Source: Longimicrobiales bacterium
GTDB taxonomy: Bacteria; Gemmatimonadota; Gemmatimonadetes; Longimicrobiales; Gaopeijiaceae
DNA length: 64,000 bases
Direction: 5' to 3'
NCBI GenBank assembly: GCA_965116905.1
Contig: OZ220732.1
Location: forward strand, 1,088,001 to 1,152,000
Positions 36,692-46,750 of this stretch are shown here, in pieces; position 1 is the stretch's first letter, and the number at the start of each line of letters is the position of its first letter. The position numbers were made by a program, and so were the translations under genes. The notes under the pieces were generated by a model. That model saw only the letters and a program-made list of their open reading frames with translations. It did not search any database and was not told the DNA's origin.

Positions 36692-37978
36692 TCACCCCGT
36701 CCCTACCGACGCCGCCGAAACGCGAGCGAGCGAAGGTGTCCCCGCCAGCCGCATGGTGATTCGCAGTTCGTCGCTCAGGATCTCCAGCACCCGCTCGACA
36801 CCGGCCTGGCCGAAGGCTCCCAGCCCCCACAGGTAGGGTCGGCCCACCGCCACCGCGTCGGCGCCGCGGGCGATCCCCTTGAAGATATCGCTTCCGCGGC
36901 GAAAACCGCCGTCCACGATGACGGGAACCCGTCCCGCCACGACCGACGCGATCTCGGGCAGGGCGTCGATCGTGGCCTGTCCGCTGCCCTCCGCGCGGCC
37001 GCCGTGGTTGGAGACCCAGATCCCGTCGACGCCGTGATCCAGCGCCAGAGTCGCGTCTTCGTGCGTCATGAGACCCTTCACCACGATCTTCTGATCGGTG
37101 ATTTCGCGCAGGCGCCCGATGAAGTCCCAGGTCATGCCGGGTGCGCGGAAGTCGCCGGGACGATAGGGTGTGCCCTGGAACATCGGCTTCACCGTGGGTG
37201 CCCGGCCGCGGGGGCGGTGGCAGCTGTTGCAGGTGCGATCGTCGGTGCGCGACCAGCGCGCCAGCGTGAGGCGGTTGCTCCCGCCGGGAAGATCCACCGT
37301 AAGCACGATTACGGGGCATCCCGCCGTGCGCACGCGCTCGACCACCGCCTGCGTGACGTCCCAGTTCGAGGTGGCGTAGAGCTGGTACCAGACGGGTTCG
37401 CCGCGCGCCTCGTTCACGTCCTCCACCCCGGTCGAACTGACGGTTGACAGCGCCTGCAGGTGTTCGCGGGCCTGCGCCGCCCGCGCCGTCGCCAGTTCGC
37501 CCTCGGCGTGGAACCCGCGCTGGCTTCCGCACGGCGCGATGACGATCGGCGTGGGCCATTCGCGGCCGAACAGCGTGACGCGGGTGTCGATCCGGCTGAC
37601 GTCGATGAGGCGGCGGGCGCGAATGTACACGCGCTCGAGCGCCGCCCGATTGTTGCGCTGGGTCTCCTCACCGTCGACGCCGGTCTGGATATAGCCGAAG
37701 TGCGCCGGGGGGACGGTGGTCTCGGCGACCTTCTCCATGTCGAAGACGTCGAGAGCGTCCGCGGCGCTGGTGACGAGGTCGTGCAGGGTCGGGGCAGGAA
37801 CGGCGGCAGGCGCGGCGGCAGTTGCAGCGGAAGGAACGGCGGTACCCGGGCCGCCTCGGCCGGCACCGGTGCTCGCCGGCGCGCAGCCCGGAATCGCCGC
37901 CATCAGCGGACTTGCCGCGAGCCAGCGCAGGAAGTCGCGGCGGCTGGAGATCTCGGTGTGGAGGGAGTGTCGTCCCAT
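36692..37978 (-). CDS. FMN-dependent alpha-hydroxy acid oxidase/dehydrogenase with Tat signal
   Basis: 'SRRDFL'; 'WYQLY', 'LTVD', 'VVKG', 'VSNHGGR', 'DGGFRRGSD', 'GRPYLWGL'. Confidence 0.92.
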   Translation of the reverse strand: MGRHSLHTEISSRRDFLRWLAASPLMAAIPGCAPASTGAGRGGPGTAVPSAATAAAPAAVPAPTLHDLVTSAADALDVFDMEKVAETTVPPAHFGYIQTGVDGEETQRNNRAALERVYIRARRLIDVSRIDTRVTLFGREWPTPIVIAPCGSQRGFHAEGELATARAAQAREHLQALSTVSSTGVEDVNEARGEPVWYQLYATSNWDVTQAVVERVRTAGCPVIVLTVDLPGGSNRLTLARWSRTDDRTCNSCHRPRGRAPTVKPMFQGTPYRPGDFRAPGMTWDFIGRLREITDQKIVVKGLMTHEDATLALDHGVDGIWVSNHGGRAEGSGQATIDALPEIASVVAGRVPVIVDGGFRRGSDIFKGIARGADAVAVGRPYLWGLGAFGQAGVERVLEILSDELRITMRLAGTPSLARVSAASVGTG

Positions 37979-38073
37979 GGGGCCGTTCCGGAGGAGCACA
38001 GTCGCGTGACCGCTTACCGACTTGGGCAATGTGGGCGCAAGCGGGACACGGGGCCACCTGTTACATATCCAGG

Positions 38074-39420
38074 GTGACGAACGCACCCGCCGGATCCGAC
38101 TCCACGTCCCCGCCGACGCGTCGCGCGCTTCACCGCAACGTCTGGGCCACGAGCGGCACCAGCTTCCTGACGGACGTGTCGAGCGAAATGCTCCTCAACG
38201 TCCTGCCCCTGTTCATCTCGAACGTGCTGGGCGTCCGGGTCTGGGTGGTGGGCGTGGTCGAGGGGTTGGCCGAGGCGATGTCGAGCGTGCTCAAGCTGTA
38301 CTCGGGGTGGGCGTCCGACCGGCTGGGCACCAGGAAGTGGCCGGCGGTGGCCGGGTACGCGATCTCGGCGCTCTCGAAGCCGTTCTACTACTTGGCGTCG
38401 AGTTGGGGGGCCGTGGCCGCGATCCGGTGGGGGGACAGGGTGGGGAAGGGGGTGCGCACGGCGCCACGCGACGCGCTGCTCGCCGATTCGACGACGCCCG
38501 AGCGCCGGGGACTCGCCTTCGGGCTGCACCGGGCCGCCGATACCGCCGGCGCCGTGGTCGGGATCGGGGTATCGATCTGGGTCGTGCAGCAGGTGCAGGG
38601 CGGGGGGGTGCTTCTGGAGGCCGAGACGTTTCGGAAGCTGGTGCTGTGGAGCCTGGTTCCCGCGTTCGTGGGCGTGGCGGTTCTGGCGGTGGCCGCACGC
38701 GACGTGAAGGCACAGGGTGGTGGGAGTGGCAATGGCGGGACGGGACGGGACGGGCGCAACGATTCGGCGGCCACCGGCAGCCGCCCCCGACTTCGCCTGC
38801 GTGGGCTCGGCCGGGGCTTCGCGGCCTTCGTCGTTTGTTCGATGATCTTCGAGCTTGGAAACTCCGCAGACGCCTTCCTCGTGCTCAGGGCGCAGGAGCG
38901 GGGGCTTTCGGTGGCCGGGATCCTGTGGCTGCTCCTAGCCTTCAATGCGGTCTACGCGCTCGTGTCGACGCCCGCGGGCTCGCTGGCCGACCGCATTCCC
39001 CGGAAACGGCTCGTGGCGGCAGCGTGGGGACTCTACGCGCTCGTGTACCTCGGCTTTGCGCTCGCGGATACCGTCGTGCACGTGACCGTGCTGTACCTGC
39101 TGTACGGCTGCTATCACGGGCTCGTGGCGGGTGCGGCCAAGGCGCTCGTCGCCGATCTGGTGCCGGCGGCGCGGCGCGGCACGGCCTACGGCGGCTATGC
39201 GGCGGCGGTCGGCTTGGCCACCCTGCCCGCGTCGCTGTTGGCGGGGGTGCTCTGGGAGGGCGTCTTCGCGTGGGAGGGCTTCGGCCCGGCGGCGCCCTTC
39301 CTCTTCGGGGCGGCCGCGGCGGCGGTGGCGGCGGCATTGCTCCTGGTCACGGTGCCCGGCGGCCCTGACCCGCTACCCGCTCACCCCGCGGGCAGGAACC
39401 GCACCAGCACCGGCAGGTGA
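38074..39420 (+). CDS. MFS transporter
   Basis: 'DVSSEM', 'SDRLG.RK', 'DRVGKGVRTAPRDALLA', 'GNSADAFL'. Confidence 0.9.
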   Translation: MTNAPAGSDSTSPPTRRALHRNVWATSGTSFLTDVSSEMLLNVLPLFISNVLGVRVWVVGVVEGLAEAMSSVLKLYSGWASDRLGTRKWPAVAGYAISALSKPFYYLASSWGAVAAIRWGDRVGKGVRTAPRDALLADSTTPERRGLAFGLHRAADTAGAVVGIGVSIWVVQQVQGGGVLLEAETFRKLVLWSLVPAFVGVAVLAVAARDVKAQGGGSGNGGTGRDGRNDSAATGSRPRLRLRGLGRGFAAFVVCSMIFELGNSADAFLVLRAQERGLSVAGILWLLLAFNAVYALVSTPAGSLADRIPRKRLVAAAWGLYALVYLGFALADTVVHVTVLYLLYGCYHGLVAGAAKALVADLVPAARRGTAYGGYAAAVGLATLPASLLAGVLWEGVFAWEGFGPAAPFLFGAAAAAVAAALLLVTVPGGPDPLPAHPAGRNRTSTGR

Positions 39421-40385
39421 TTGCTCGTTGTGTCCCGGTAGTCGGGGATGAGTTCATCCACCCGGTAGACCAGGGCGGATCCGTCCTCGTACCACGCCAT
39501 CGCCTCGTCGGAGGCCAGGATGTGGTCGATCATCTCCTCGAAACCGAGGATCGAGGTCGCGCGCGCGGCGCTGAGTTCGGCGGTGGGGAACACCCATTGG
39601 GGCGCGGCGTCGACCAGCGGGCGATACGGGGTGTCGCGTCCGCTGGTGATGGACTCGTCCACGTCGTCGTTCCAGTCGCCGGGAATCAGCACGAGGGTCT
39701 CGGACCAGGCGGAATCGACGTACTCCTTGAGCCCCACGGCGGCTGAGGCGCGCCTCTCCCACGAGGAGACCTGCTCGTCCGCCTTCGCGTGAAGGACGAT
39801 CACCACGGCATCGTGCTGGGCGCCGCCATGGCTCAAACGGACACTTGCCTCGAGGGGAGGGCGTCCCGCGAACTCGTGGTTCAGTTCCCCGAGGACGATC
39901 CGGGCGCCGGTGACTTCGAGCGCTGCGGTCTTGTAGATGAGGCCGACCTTGAGCTCGCCGCCGGAGTAGTAGTCGGTCCCCTCCGTCACGGTCGAGTCGT
40001 TTGCTAGCAGGCCCGCGTACCCGGGGAGATTGGCAACGAGCGCGTCGAACGCGCTGGCGCTGGTGACTTCCTGAACCCCCCACAGGTCCGCGTCGGTGCC
40101 CATGATCACGTCGCGTACGCGCGCCATCTGGAGCACTTCGTCGGACGGACCCTGATTGGCGGCCCCGAAGTAGAGCAGGTTCCAGGTGGCCACGTCGAGT
40201 GTGGCAGCCGTGCCCCGGGCCGGGATCGAAATGGGGGCGGGCAGCGGGTCCGGCGGTGGCGGATCGGGTCTGGGGACTACGGGCGATTCGGATCCGCAGC
40301 CGTTCGCCGCGGTGGCCAGGACGCCGGTTGCCATCAGCCGCCAAAAGCCGCGTGTGCGTCTGCCGGGAACGGCGCTTTTGGTCAT
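39381..40385 (-). CDS. Endonuclease/exonuclease/phosphatase (EEP) family lipoprotein
   Basis: 'ATWNL', 'GVQEV', 'LHAKA', 'GDWND', 'IDHI', 'SNHLPV'. Confidence 0.85.
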   Translation of the reverse strand: MTKSAVPGRRTRGFWRLMATGVLATAANGCGSESPVVPRPDPPPPDPLPAPISIPARGTAATLDVATWNLLYFGAANQGPSDEVLQMARVRDVIMGTDADLWGVQEVTSASAFDALVANLPGYAGLLANDSTVTEGTDYYSGGELKVGLIYKTAALEVTGARIVLGELNHEFAGRPPLEASVRLSHGGAQHDAVVIVLHAKADEQVSSWERRASAAVGLKEYVDSAWSETLVLIPGDWNDDVDESITSGRDTPYRPLVDAAPQWVFPTAELSAARATSILGFEEMIDHILASDEAMAWYEDGSALVYRVDELIPDYRDTTSNHLPVLVRFLPAG

Positions 40386-40472
40386 ATTGACTTATCTTCG
40401 CAAAGGCCACTGAACTGCTCGCAATCTGTTGTTCGGTCAGACCTTCGAGCAATCATCCGCCAAGGAGACTCC

Positions 40473-41615
40473 ATGAGGAAGCCATCCATCACCCAATGCC
40501 TCATCCTTGTCGCCGCCGCTGCACTTGCGGGGCCCGCATCACCGCTTGCGGCGCAGGACTTCAACGCCCGCGCGGGGTCCAGCGTGACTCTGGGGGGGCG
40601 TGTCCAGGCACAATTCGAGGCTTCCGGTTCGAAGGAGTCGGCTTCGTCCTTCTTCATACGGCGTGCGTGGATCACGGCGGACGGCCGGCTGAACGACCTC
40701 GTGTCGGGCCGCCTGCAGTTTGACGCCAACGGCAACAAGGTACTCGAGGCGTACCTGGCGTTCACTCCGTCGGACCGGTTCCGGATGGAGCTGGGACAGT
40801 TCAAGCGCGCGATTTCGACCTTCTGGCTCGCCGCCAACTTCGACCTTCCGCTGATCGAGCGCGACGGGCGGGTTCCGGGGTCCGATCCCTGTCCCGGAGT
40901 CGGCAACGTGTGCTCCTTCGGGCGCCTCACGGGGGGACTCGGTCTCGACGCGTACGAGCCCGGAATCCTGATGAGCGGGAGATTCTCGGACAAGGTCGGC
41001 TTCCGGGTGACGGTGACCAACGGGGAGGGGCTCAACGGGAAGGACCAGAACAGCGCGAAGTCGACTTCCACGCGGCTCACCTTCGACCTCGACTCGAACA
41101 ACCGCCTGCACACCTACGCCGTGTTCGACGAGACCGTCGACGGTGCCGGGGACACGAAGTGGGCTCCTGCATACGCCCTGGAGTACGAACTCGGCACCTG
41201 GCGGCGGGGCCCTCACCTGGTGGTGAACGCGGCGACCGGCCGCAACTGGAGGGCCGAGGCCGCCAGCCTGAACGAGGACCGCGAGGTGGGGTTCTTCGCC
41301 TTCCAGGCCATGGGACTGTGGTACCTGCCGATCGAGGGCGACGGCGCCTTCGAGGCCATCGAGCCCCTCTTCCGCGTCAGTTGGGCGAGCACCCAGACCG
41401 GAGACAGCCTCTTCGAGGGCGACATCGTGGTCAACGACGACGTGAAGGGGCTGGTGATCACGCCCGGCTTCATGCTCTACGCGACCGGCCGCACCGGCAT
41501 CTCGACCAACCTGGACATCTACACGTCGTCGCGCACGGTCGGCGAAAGCAATTACGAGAGCCTGAACTTCGACCCGCAGTGGTCGCTGAAGATGCAGGCG
41601 TTCGTGACCTTCTAG
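40473..41615 (+). CDS. Outer-membrane porin (OprO/OprP-like)
   Basis: RBS AAGGAG, signal peptide, 'GRVQ', 'FFIRRAW', 'GQFK', C-terminal Phe. Confidence 0.7.
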   Translation: MRKPSITQCLILVAAAALAGPASPLAAQDFNARAGSSVTLGGRVQAQFEASGSKESASSFFIRRAWITADGRLNDLVSGRLQFDANGNKVLEAYLAFTPSDRFRMELGQFKRAISTFWLAANFDLPLIERDGRVPGSDPCPGVGNVCSFGRLTGGLGLDAYEPGILMSGRFSDKVGFRVTVTNGEGLNGKDQNSAKSTSTRLTFDLDSNNRLHTYAVFDETVDGAGDTKWAPAYALEYELGTWRRGPHLVVNAATGRNWRAEAASLNEDREVGFFAFQAMGLWYLPIEGDGAFEAIEPLFRVSWASTQTGDSLFEGDIVVNDDVKGLVITPGFMLYATGRTGISTNLDIYTSSRTVGESNYESLNFDPQWSLKMQAFVTF

Positions 41616-44134
41616 CCCGGCGGCTCGTCCGGGGCGGCCAGCGCCTCCAGTCGCGCCACCGCCTCGTCGAAGCGGGCTTCCAGGCGCGGGATGCTCGCGC
41701 CGGAGTACCCGATGCGCAGACGGGCCCGCGACGCGATGAGCACGTCCAGCAGCTCCGCGGCCGCCGTGCGGCGTGCCACAGGGTCGGTGCTGCCCCGTTC
41801 GCCGATCCAGACGGGGGCCGTGTGGGCGAAGGGTGAGGTGTCCACCGACGGCCAGCGCGTCTCGCCGCCCGAAGCGCGCGCCGCGATCCAGCCGCCTTCA
41901 GGCAGCGTCACCTCGCCCGAATAGCTGCGCTGGCCGGGCGAGGCAATGCCTGAACGGGACTGCACGACCTGCCCGTTGACGAGGATTTCCACCGTGTCCA
42001 CCGAGGTTGCCGTGGCGAGGTCGAGCGTCCACTGGACCGTGCCGGGCTCGCCCCCGGCACCGCTCCCGGCCTCGACCACCTCGCCCGGCCGCGCTCCCCC
42101 GGCGCGGAAGTCGAGGAAGGGGCCGTTGGTGACGAAGGATCTGCCTTCGCTCAACGCCGCCACATATGCGGGCCAGTTGAGGCGATCGCCGGTATGTGCG
42201 TATACGCGCGTCGCGCCCACCGGCATGGTTCGGTGGAGGTTCAGCATGACGTCGGTGCCTGCGGACGGCGCCACCGTCTGCCCGATGTTCAGGAAGCGGT
42301 GCCACAGCGCGGCGGTCCCCTCGAAGCTGCTCCACAGACACATCACCTCGAGGGCGTCCACGTCGCCCATGACCGCGTCCGCCACCAGCTCGACCGGCAC
42401 CCCGGCCCGTGCCTCCGGGACGAACGGATCGGGCGACCCGACGGGGTGCACATAGTAGCCTAATCCGCCATGGTCATGCGCAAACGCCAGGACTTCCGCA
42501 TTGGTGCGGTCGTCGGTCCCGTAGACCTCGTAGCCGGGCCCCCAGACCCACGGCCAGTGCAATTCCGGGATCTCGATCAGGCCCATGTGACCCAGGAAAT
42601 GCGAGCGGATCTCCTGGCCGAAGCGGATCAGCGGCGAAGCGTCCGACTTCTCCCACCCCCACAGGTCCTGGTCCTCGTAGCGATTGTGCAGGTTGGCGAG
42701 CAGGGGCGAGGCCACGTCGAGCTCCTCACCCTTCATCATCGGCACCATGTCGGCCGGGTCCAGGTCGTACTGGCCGCCGTAATTGAGGTGGAAGTGATGG
42801 TCTCCCGACGTCCATCCCGCCGCACGCGCGTCCCACACGGGATCGAGTTCCAGTTCGACTTCGGTGACGGCACCGGCACCGGCGCCAGCACCGCCCGCGG
42901 CACCGGCACCGGCCGCGACCGTGACGCTCCTCTCGGGCGTCGCCAGCCCGCGCACCGCCGAAACGGTGACCTCGCCCGCAGGCACGGTGACCTCGATCTG
43001 CCCCGGGGTGTAGAAGAAGATGCGGCCGCCGGCGCCCTCGGAATGAGCGATGCCCTCGTCGGGAATGGCGGGGTGCCCTGCCGCGTCGACGACGGTCAGC
43101 CGCGCGGGCATGTTGGTGCGTATGCGCACCCGGGCCGTTTCCGTTTCCCACAGCCAGGCCGCGACGTCCACATCCTCCACCGGACCGCCCGCCTTGCGGA
43201 CGCGCTTGAGCCCCATGACCTCGCGGGCATCGGCCTCCGAGAAGTAGACCCACTCGCCGTCGGCGCTCCATGCGGGGGTCAGCGGCAGTCCGCCCCCCGT
43301 CAGCAGCACCGACGGGCCGGGCCGGCTGATGCTGTGGACCCGCAGCTCCCAGCCGTTCTGGGTGGGCCAGTTCAGGGCGAAGTCTGCGCCGTCCGGGGCC
43401 ACCGCCGGACGGGCCATGGATGCGATGCTTCCCGACACCAGCACGGTCGGCGCGCGTTCGTCGGGGTGCCGCAGCTCCACCCTGTCCCCGCCCCGCTTGG
43501 CGAGGATCATCACCGCATCCGCCCCCGGCACCGGCTGCGGCCGCATTTCGATCCCCGGCTCCGTGGTGACCGCGGTCGCGTTTCCGGTGCCGAGGTCCAG
43601 CGCCCAGACGTCCAGAGTGCCGGCTTCGCCCGACGTGTAGTAGAGCGTGTTGCCGTCGGCGGACCATGCCGGATCGAGGTCGATGGCCGGTGAGTCGACG
43701 GTGCGCAGCCGATCACCGGTGGCCGCGCTCACGACGACGATTCGGGTGTCGTGATCGTTGTCTCGCACAAAGGCGATGCGATTCCCCGACGGGTGCCACG
43801 CCGGACGGGAATCCACGTCGCGTCCGTTGGTGAGCCGGCGAGCCGTGCGGGTCTCGAGGTCCATCACCCATATCCAGCCCCGCGCGGCGAACGCGATGCG
43901 GCGTCCGTCCGGAGAGGGCGCGGGATCGATCGGACCGTTCGTCAGGATCGGAAGCTCGTACCCCTCCAGGTACACGTGATGCCCGTACCCGTCGACGTGT
44001 GGGTACCGATTGCGCCATTGACCGGACCCGGACTGCGGAATCAGCACGGCGGCAAGGACAAACAGAACGCACAATCTGGTCACGGCGGTGGCTCCGGTTG
44101 GGGGACGATGGGTGGCGGTAACCATTGCGGCCAT
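41612..44134 (-). CDS. TolB-like propeller fused to CehA/McbA-type metallohydrolase
   Basis: P(A)WS/PD40-like repeats; 'GDHHFHLNYGG', 'YVHP', 'AGTD', 'GRSFVTNGP', 'AHTAP'; start codon uncertain. Confidence 0.75.
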   Translation of the reverse strand: MAAMVTATHRPPTGATAVTRLCVLFVLAAVLIPQSGSGQWRNRYPHVDGYGHHVYLEGYELPILTNGPIDPAPSPDGRRIAFAARGWIWVMDLETRTARRLTNGRDVDSRPAWHPSGNRIAFVRDNDHDTRIVVVSAATGDRLRTVDSPAIDLDPAWSADGNTLYYTSGEAGTLDVWALDLGTGNATAVTTEPGIEMRPQPVPGADAVMILAKRGGDRVELRHPDERAPTVLVSGSIASMARPAVAPDGADFALNWPTQNGWELRVHSISRPGPSVLLTGGGLPLTPAWSADGEWVYFSEADAREVMGLKRVRKAGGPVEDVDVAAWLWETETARVRIRTNMPARLTVVDAAGHPAIPDEGIAHSEGAGGRIFFYTPGQIEVTVPAGEVTVSAVRGLATPERSVTVAAGAGAAGGAGAGAGAVTEVELELDPVWDARAAGWTSGDHHFHLNYGGQYDLDPADMVPMMKGEELDVASPLLANLHNRYEDQDLWGWEKSDASPLIRFGQEIRSHFLGHMGLIEIPELHWPWVWGPGYEVYGTDDRTNAEVLAFAHDHGGLGYYVHPVGSPDPFVPEARAGVPVELVADAVMGDVDALEVMCLWSSFEGTAALWHRFLNIGQTVAPSAGTDVMLNLHRTMPVGATRVYAHTGDRLNWPAYVAALSEGRSFVTNGPFLDFRAGGARPGEVVEAGSGAGGEPGTVQWTLDLATATSVDTVEILVNGQVVQSRSGIASPGQRSYSGEVTLPEGGWIAARASGGETRWPSVDTSPFAHTAPVWIGERGSTDPVARRTAAAELLDVLIASRARLRIGYSGASIPRLEARFDEAVARLEALAAPDEPPG

Positions 44135-44192
44135 GCGCAGGGTCACGCAATGGACCATATTGACACTCCTCCGACACCGAAAGGAAATCCCG

Positions 44193-44645
44193 ATGAGTTT
44201 TCGTTCCGCCGGCGCCGCTCTCCTCCTGTTCGCTCTGACGGGCTCGCCTGCCCAGGCGCAGGACGCCCACGGCAACGTCTTCCACGATGGCGAATCCCTG
44301 CCATGGGGGGAGCCGAGCAATGGCACGAGGTTTCTTCCGCTCTACGGCAACTACGGCGTCGGCGGCGAGGTCTTCGCGTTCCGTCTCGAAGTCCATCCCG
44401 GCTTCGAAATCCGGCCTCACACGCACCCCGTCACCGAGCACATGACGGTGCTTTCGGGCACATTCTTCGTCGGGATGGGCGAGACCATGGACAAGGAGGC
44501 CGCAATCGCCTATGGACCCGGGAGCTACATTGCCATCGCGGCCGGCTTGCCGGCGTACATGTGGGCCGACGAAGTGACCGTCATCCAGGTCCACGGCGTG
44601 GGCCCGTTCTCGACCGATTTCGTGGAACCGCCACCGGAGCGGTGA
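44193..44645 (+). CDS. Secreted cupin-domain protein
   Basis: RBS AAGGA, signal peptide, 'PHTHP..EH.TVLSG', 'QVHGVGPF'. Confidence 0.8.
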   Translation: MSFRSAGAALLLFALTGSPAQAQDAHGNVFHDGESLPWGEPSNGTRFLPLYGNYGVGGEVFAFRLEVHPGFEIRPHTHPVTEHMTVLSGTFFVGMGETMDKEAAIAYGPGSYIAIAAGLPAYMWADEVTVIQVHGVGPFSTDFVEPPPER

Positions 44646-45161
44646 ATGACGCGCGCCCGTCGACTCCTGCTCCCCGTCCTTGCCCTGGCCCTGACTGCCT
44701 GCATCCCCTCGGAGTCCGTCACGCTGCGCGCCGGCGATCCCGCCCCGGTCTTCACGGCCATTTCACTGGAAACCGGCTCACCCACGTCCCTCACCGACTA
44801 CCTGGGTCAGACCCTCCTGGTCAACCTCTGGGCCACCTGGTGCCATCCCTGCGAGACGGAGACCCCGTACCTCCAGTCCGTGTACGAACGCTACCAGGAC
44901 CGGGGCCTGCGCTTGCTGGGCGTGTCCGTTGATCGGCGCGCCGACCACGACGCCGTGATCGAATTCGTCGAGGAGTTCGGCGTGACCTACGACATCGCCC
45001 TCGATCCCGACGCCCTGTCTCGTGACCTGTTTCGCGCGCGCGGCCTGCCCACTTCCGTGCTCATCGACCGCGACGGGGTGGTAGCGTTCAGCTGGATCGG
45101 CCCGATCCCCGAGGGCGACCCCACCTTTATCGGCGGCCTGGAGGCCGCGCTGGACCGCTAG
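44646..45161 (+). CDS. TlpA-family disulfide reductase (lipoprotein)
   Basis: 'VNLWATWCHPC', 'GLPTSVLIDRDG'; lipobox LTAC. Confidence 0.9.
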   Translation: MTRARRLLLPVLALALTACIPSESVTLRAGDPAPVFTAISLETGSPTSLTDYLGQTLLVNLWATWCHPCETETPYLQSVYERYQDRGLRLLGVSVDRRADHDAVIEFVEEFGVTYDIALDPDALSRDLFRARGLPTSVLIDRDGVVAFSWIGPIPEGDPTFIGGLEAALDR

Positions 45162-45568
45162 CTGATCGGAGGCTCCGAGGGCAGCGCGAACCTGCACTGC
45201 GGCCCCGGCGCCCGGCTGAGCCTCACATCAAGCGTGGCCAGGGGTTGGCCAAAGGACTCTGCCACCGCCACGTACCACGCATCGTAGGCACTGACGGTCT
45301 GACGGAGCTCCCACACTCTGTCCGCGAAAGGGGCGAAGGGGAACAGTTCGATGTCACGCCGCAGCAGGTCGCGATGTGCACTGTCGGCCTCGATCCTCGA
45401 AACCTCGCCACGGAACTCGAGGCGCCGCAGGATGTTGGTTGCCTCGGCGAGCATCAGTTCCGGAGCGACGAGCGTGTCTGCGGCCACCACCGACTCGGCC
45501 CAACGGCCCTCGGGACCCGAGTCCACCAGGGCCGCGACCATCACTGACGCGTCAACGACGACCGTCAC
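45158..45568 (-). CDS. vapC: VapC-family PIN toxin
   Basis: 'VVDASV', 'E..N', 'YDAWYVAVAE', 'LATLD.RL'. Confidence 0.9.
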   Translation of the reverse strand: MTVVVDASVMVAALVDSGPEGRWAESVVAADTLVAPELMLAEATNILRRLEFRGEVSRIEADSAHRDLLRRDIELFPFAPFADRVWELRQTVSAYDAWYVAVAESFGQPLATLDVRLSRAPGPQCRFALPSEPPIS

Positions 45569-45801
45569 CTTCGGTCCGCGTCTCGCGCGGACAGAATGCT
45601 GGAAGACGGCACCCGGGTCCCCGCGATTTCCTTCCGCTCCCGCACTGTCTCCAACCATCGCGCGAGAGACGGGCGGTTCGCTATCCGCTCCAACTCGCGC
45701 CGCAGGTACTCCTGCATCGACAGGCGCGTAAGGGCAGCGCGCGCAGCCAATTCATCGCGCACGTCCTCGGGCACGCCCCTGATGGTGATCTGAACAGCCA
45801 T
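45565..45801 (-). CDS. FitA-like ribbon-helix-helix antitoxin
   Basis: 'ITIRGVPEDVRDELAARAA..SMQEYL'; GTGA overlap with vapC. Confidence 0.85.
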   Translation of the reverse strand: MAVQITIRGVPEDVRDELAARAALTRLSMQEYLRRELERIANRPSLARWLETVRERKEIAGTRVPSSSILSARDADRR

Positions 45802-45860
45802 GACAGCAAGTTACATGCATGGACAGCAGAACGCAATCACCTCGGAAGTTGGAAGCGACC

Positions 45861-46154
45861 CTACGCGTCGTCCAGATGCGCGTACTCCTCCTGCCTCTCC
45901 GCCCCGGCCTCCACCTCCCGTGCGCGCTTCCGCAGCCACCACCCCGTCCCCGCCACCAGCCCCAGCGGGAGCAGCGTCAGCAGGCCGGTAGTCGCCAGGA
46001 ACGCGAGGCGGGCCTCGTCGTCCCGGTCGAAGCACACGGGACAGGCATGCGCCACGTCCGGCAGTGCGGCGATCAGCAAAACCGCGGCCACGCCGCCGAG
46101 AGCGGCCCGGGCAACCGTTACCCGCGCAACCGTTACCCGCGTCCACTTGCGCAT
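45861..46154 (-). CDS. Small membrane protein with CxxC, last gene of the oxidase operon
   Basis: Signal/TM segment, 'HACPVCF', second TM; start overlaps the stop of the subunit III gene. Confidence 0.65.
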   Translation of the reverse strand: MRKWTRVTVARVTVARAALGGVAAVLLIAALPDVAHACPVCFDRDDEARLAFLATTGLLTLLPLGLVAGTGWWLRKRAREVEAGAERQEEYAHLDDA

Positions 46155-46750
46155 TACAGGTACACCTGGAAGTAGAGGAAAGGCCATACGAGCACCACGA
46201 AGTACCAGAACAATGCCACCACGGAAAGGTGTTCCCGGGGCAGCCGGCCCGACTGCAGGCGCAGCCAGGCCCATCCCAGAAGGCCGATCGCGACGACCGC
46301 GTGGGCCGCGTGGGCCCCGATGATCGTGTAGAACAGGCTGCCGTAGAGGGACGAGGTCAGCGTGAGGCCCTCCCCGAGCAGCGCGACCCACTCCACGCCC
46401 TGCATCGCCACGAACGCCGCGCCGAGCACGGTGGCCACCAGGAGGGGGACCCCGATGGACTTGTTGCCGCGCTGGTAGGCGCGGTGCGCGAACAGCAGCA
46501 CGATCCCGCTGAGGATCAGGAACGACGTATTGACCGCGGTGCGCTCGAAGGGCAGCCGCGGCTGGTCGGGAGGCGGCCACACCGAACCCACGGCGCGCGC
46601 CTTCACGATGAGGAAGCCCGAGATGAATCCCGCGAACAGCATGACCTCGACGAAGACCACGAGCAGCATGCCCAGCACGCCGTTCGACACCATCTTCTCG
46701 GGCCGGCGCGGCCTCGGCCGGAACGGAATGATCCTCGTGCCGGCGGTCAT
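46154..46750 (-). CDS. Heme-copper oxidase subunit III
   Basis: 'EVMLFAGF', 'NT..LILSG', 'Q..EW', 'HAAH', 'FWYFVVLVWP'. Confidence 0.9.
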   Translation of the reverse strand: MTAGTRIIPFRPRPRRPEKMVSNGVLGMLLVVFVEVMLFAGFISGFLIVKARAVGSVWPPPDQPRLPFERTAVNTSFLILSGIVLLFAHRAYQRGNKSIGVPLLVATVLGAAFVAMQGVEWVALLGEGLTLTSSLYGSLFYTIIGAHAAHAVVAIGLLGWAWLRLQSGRLPREHLSVVALFWYFVVLVWPFLYFQVYL

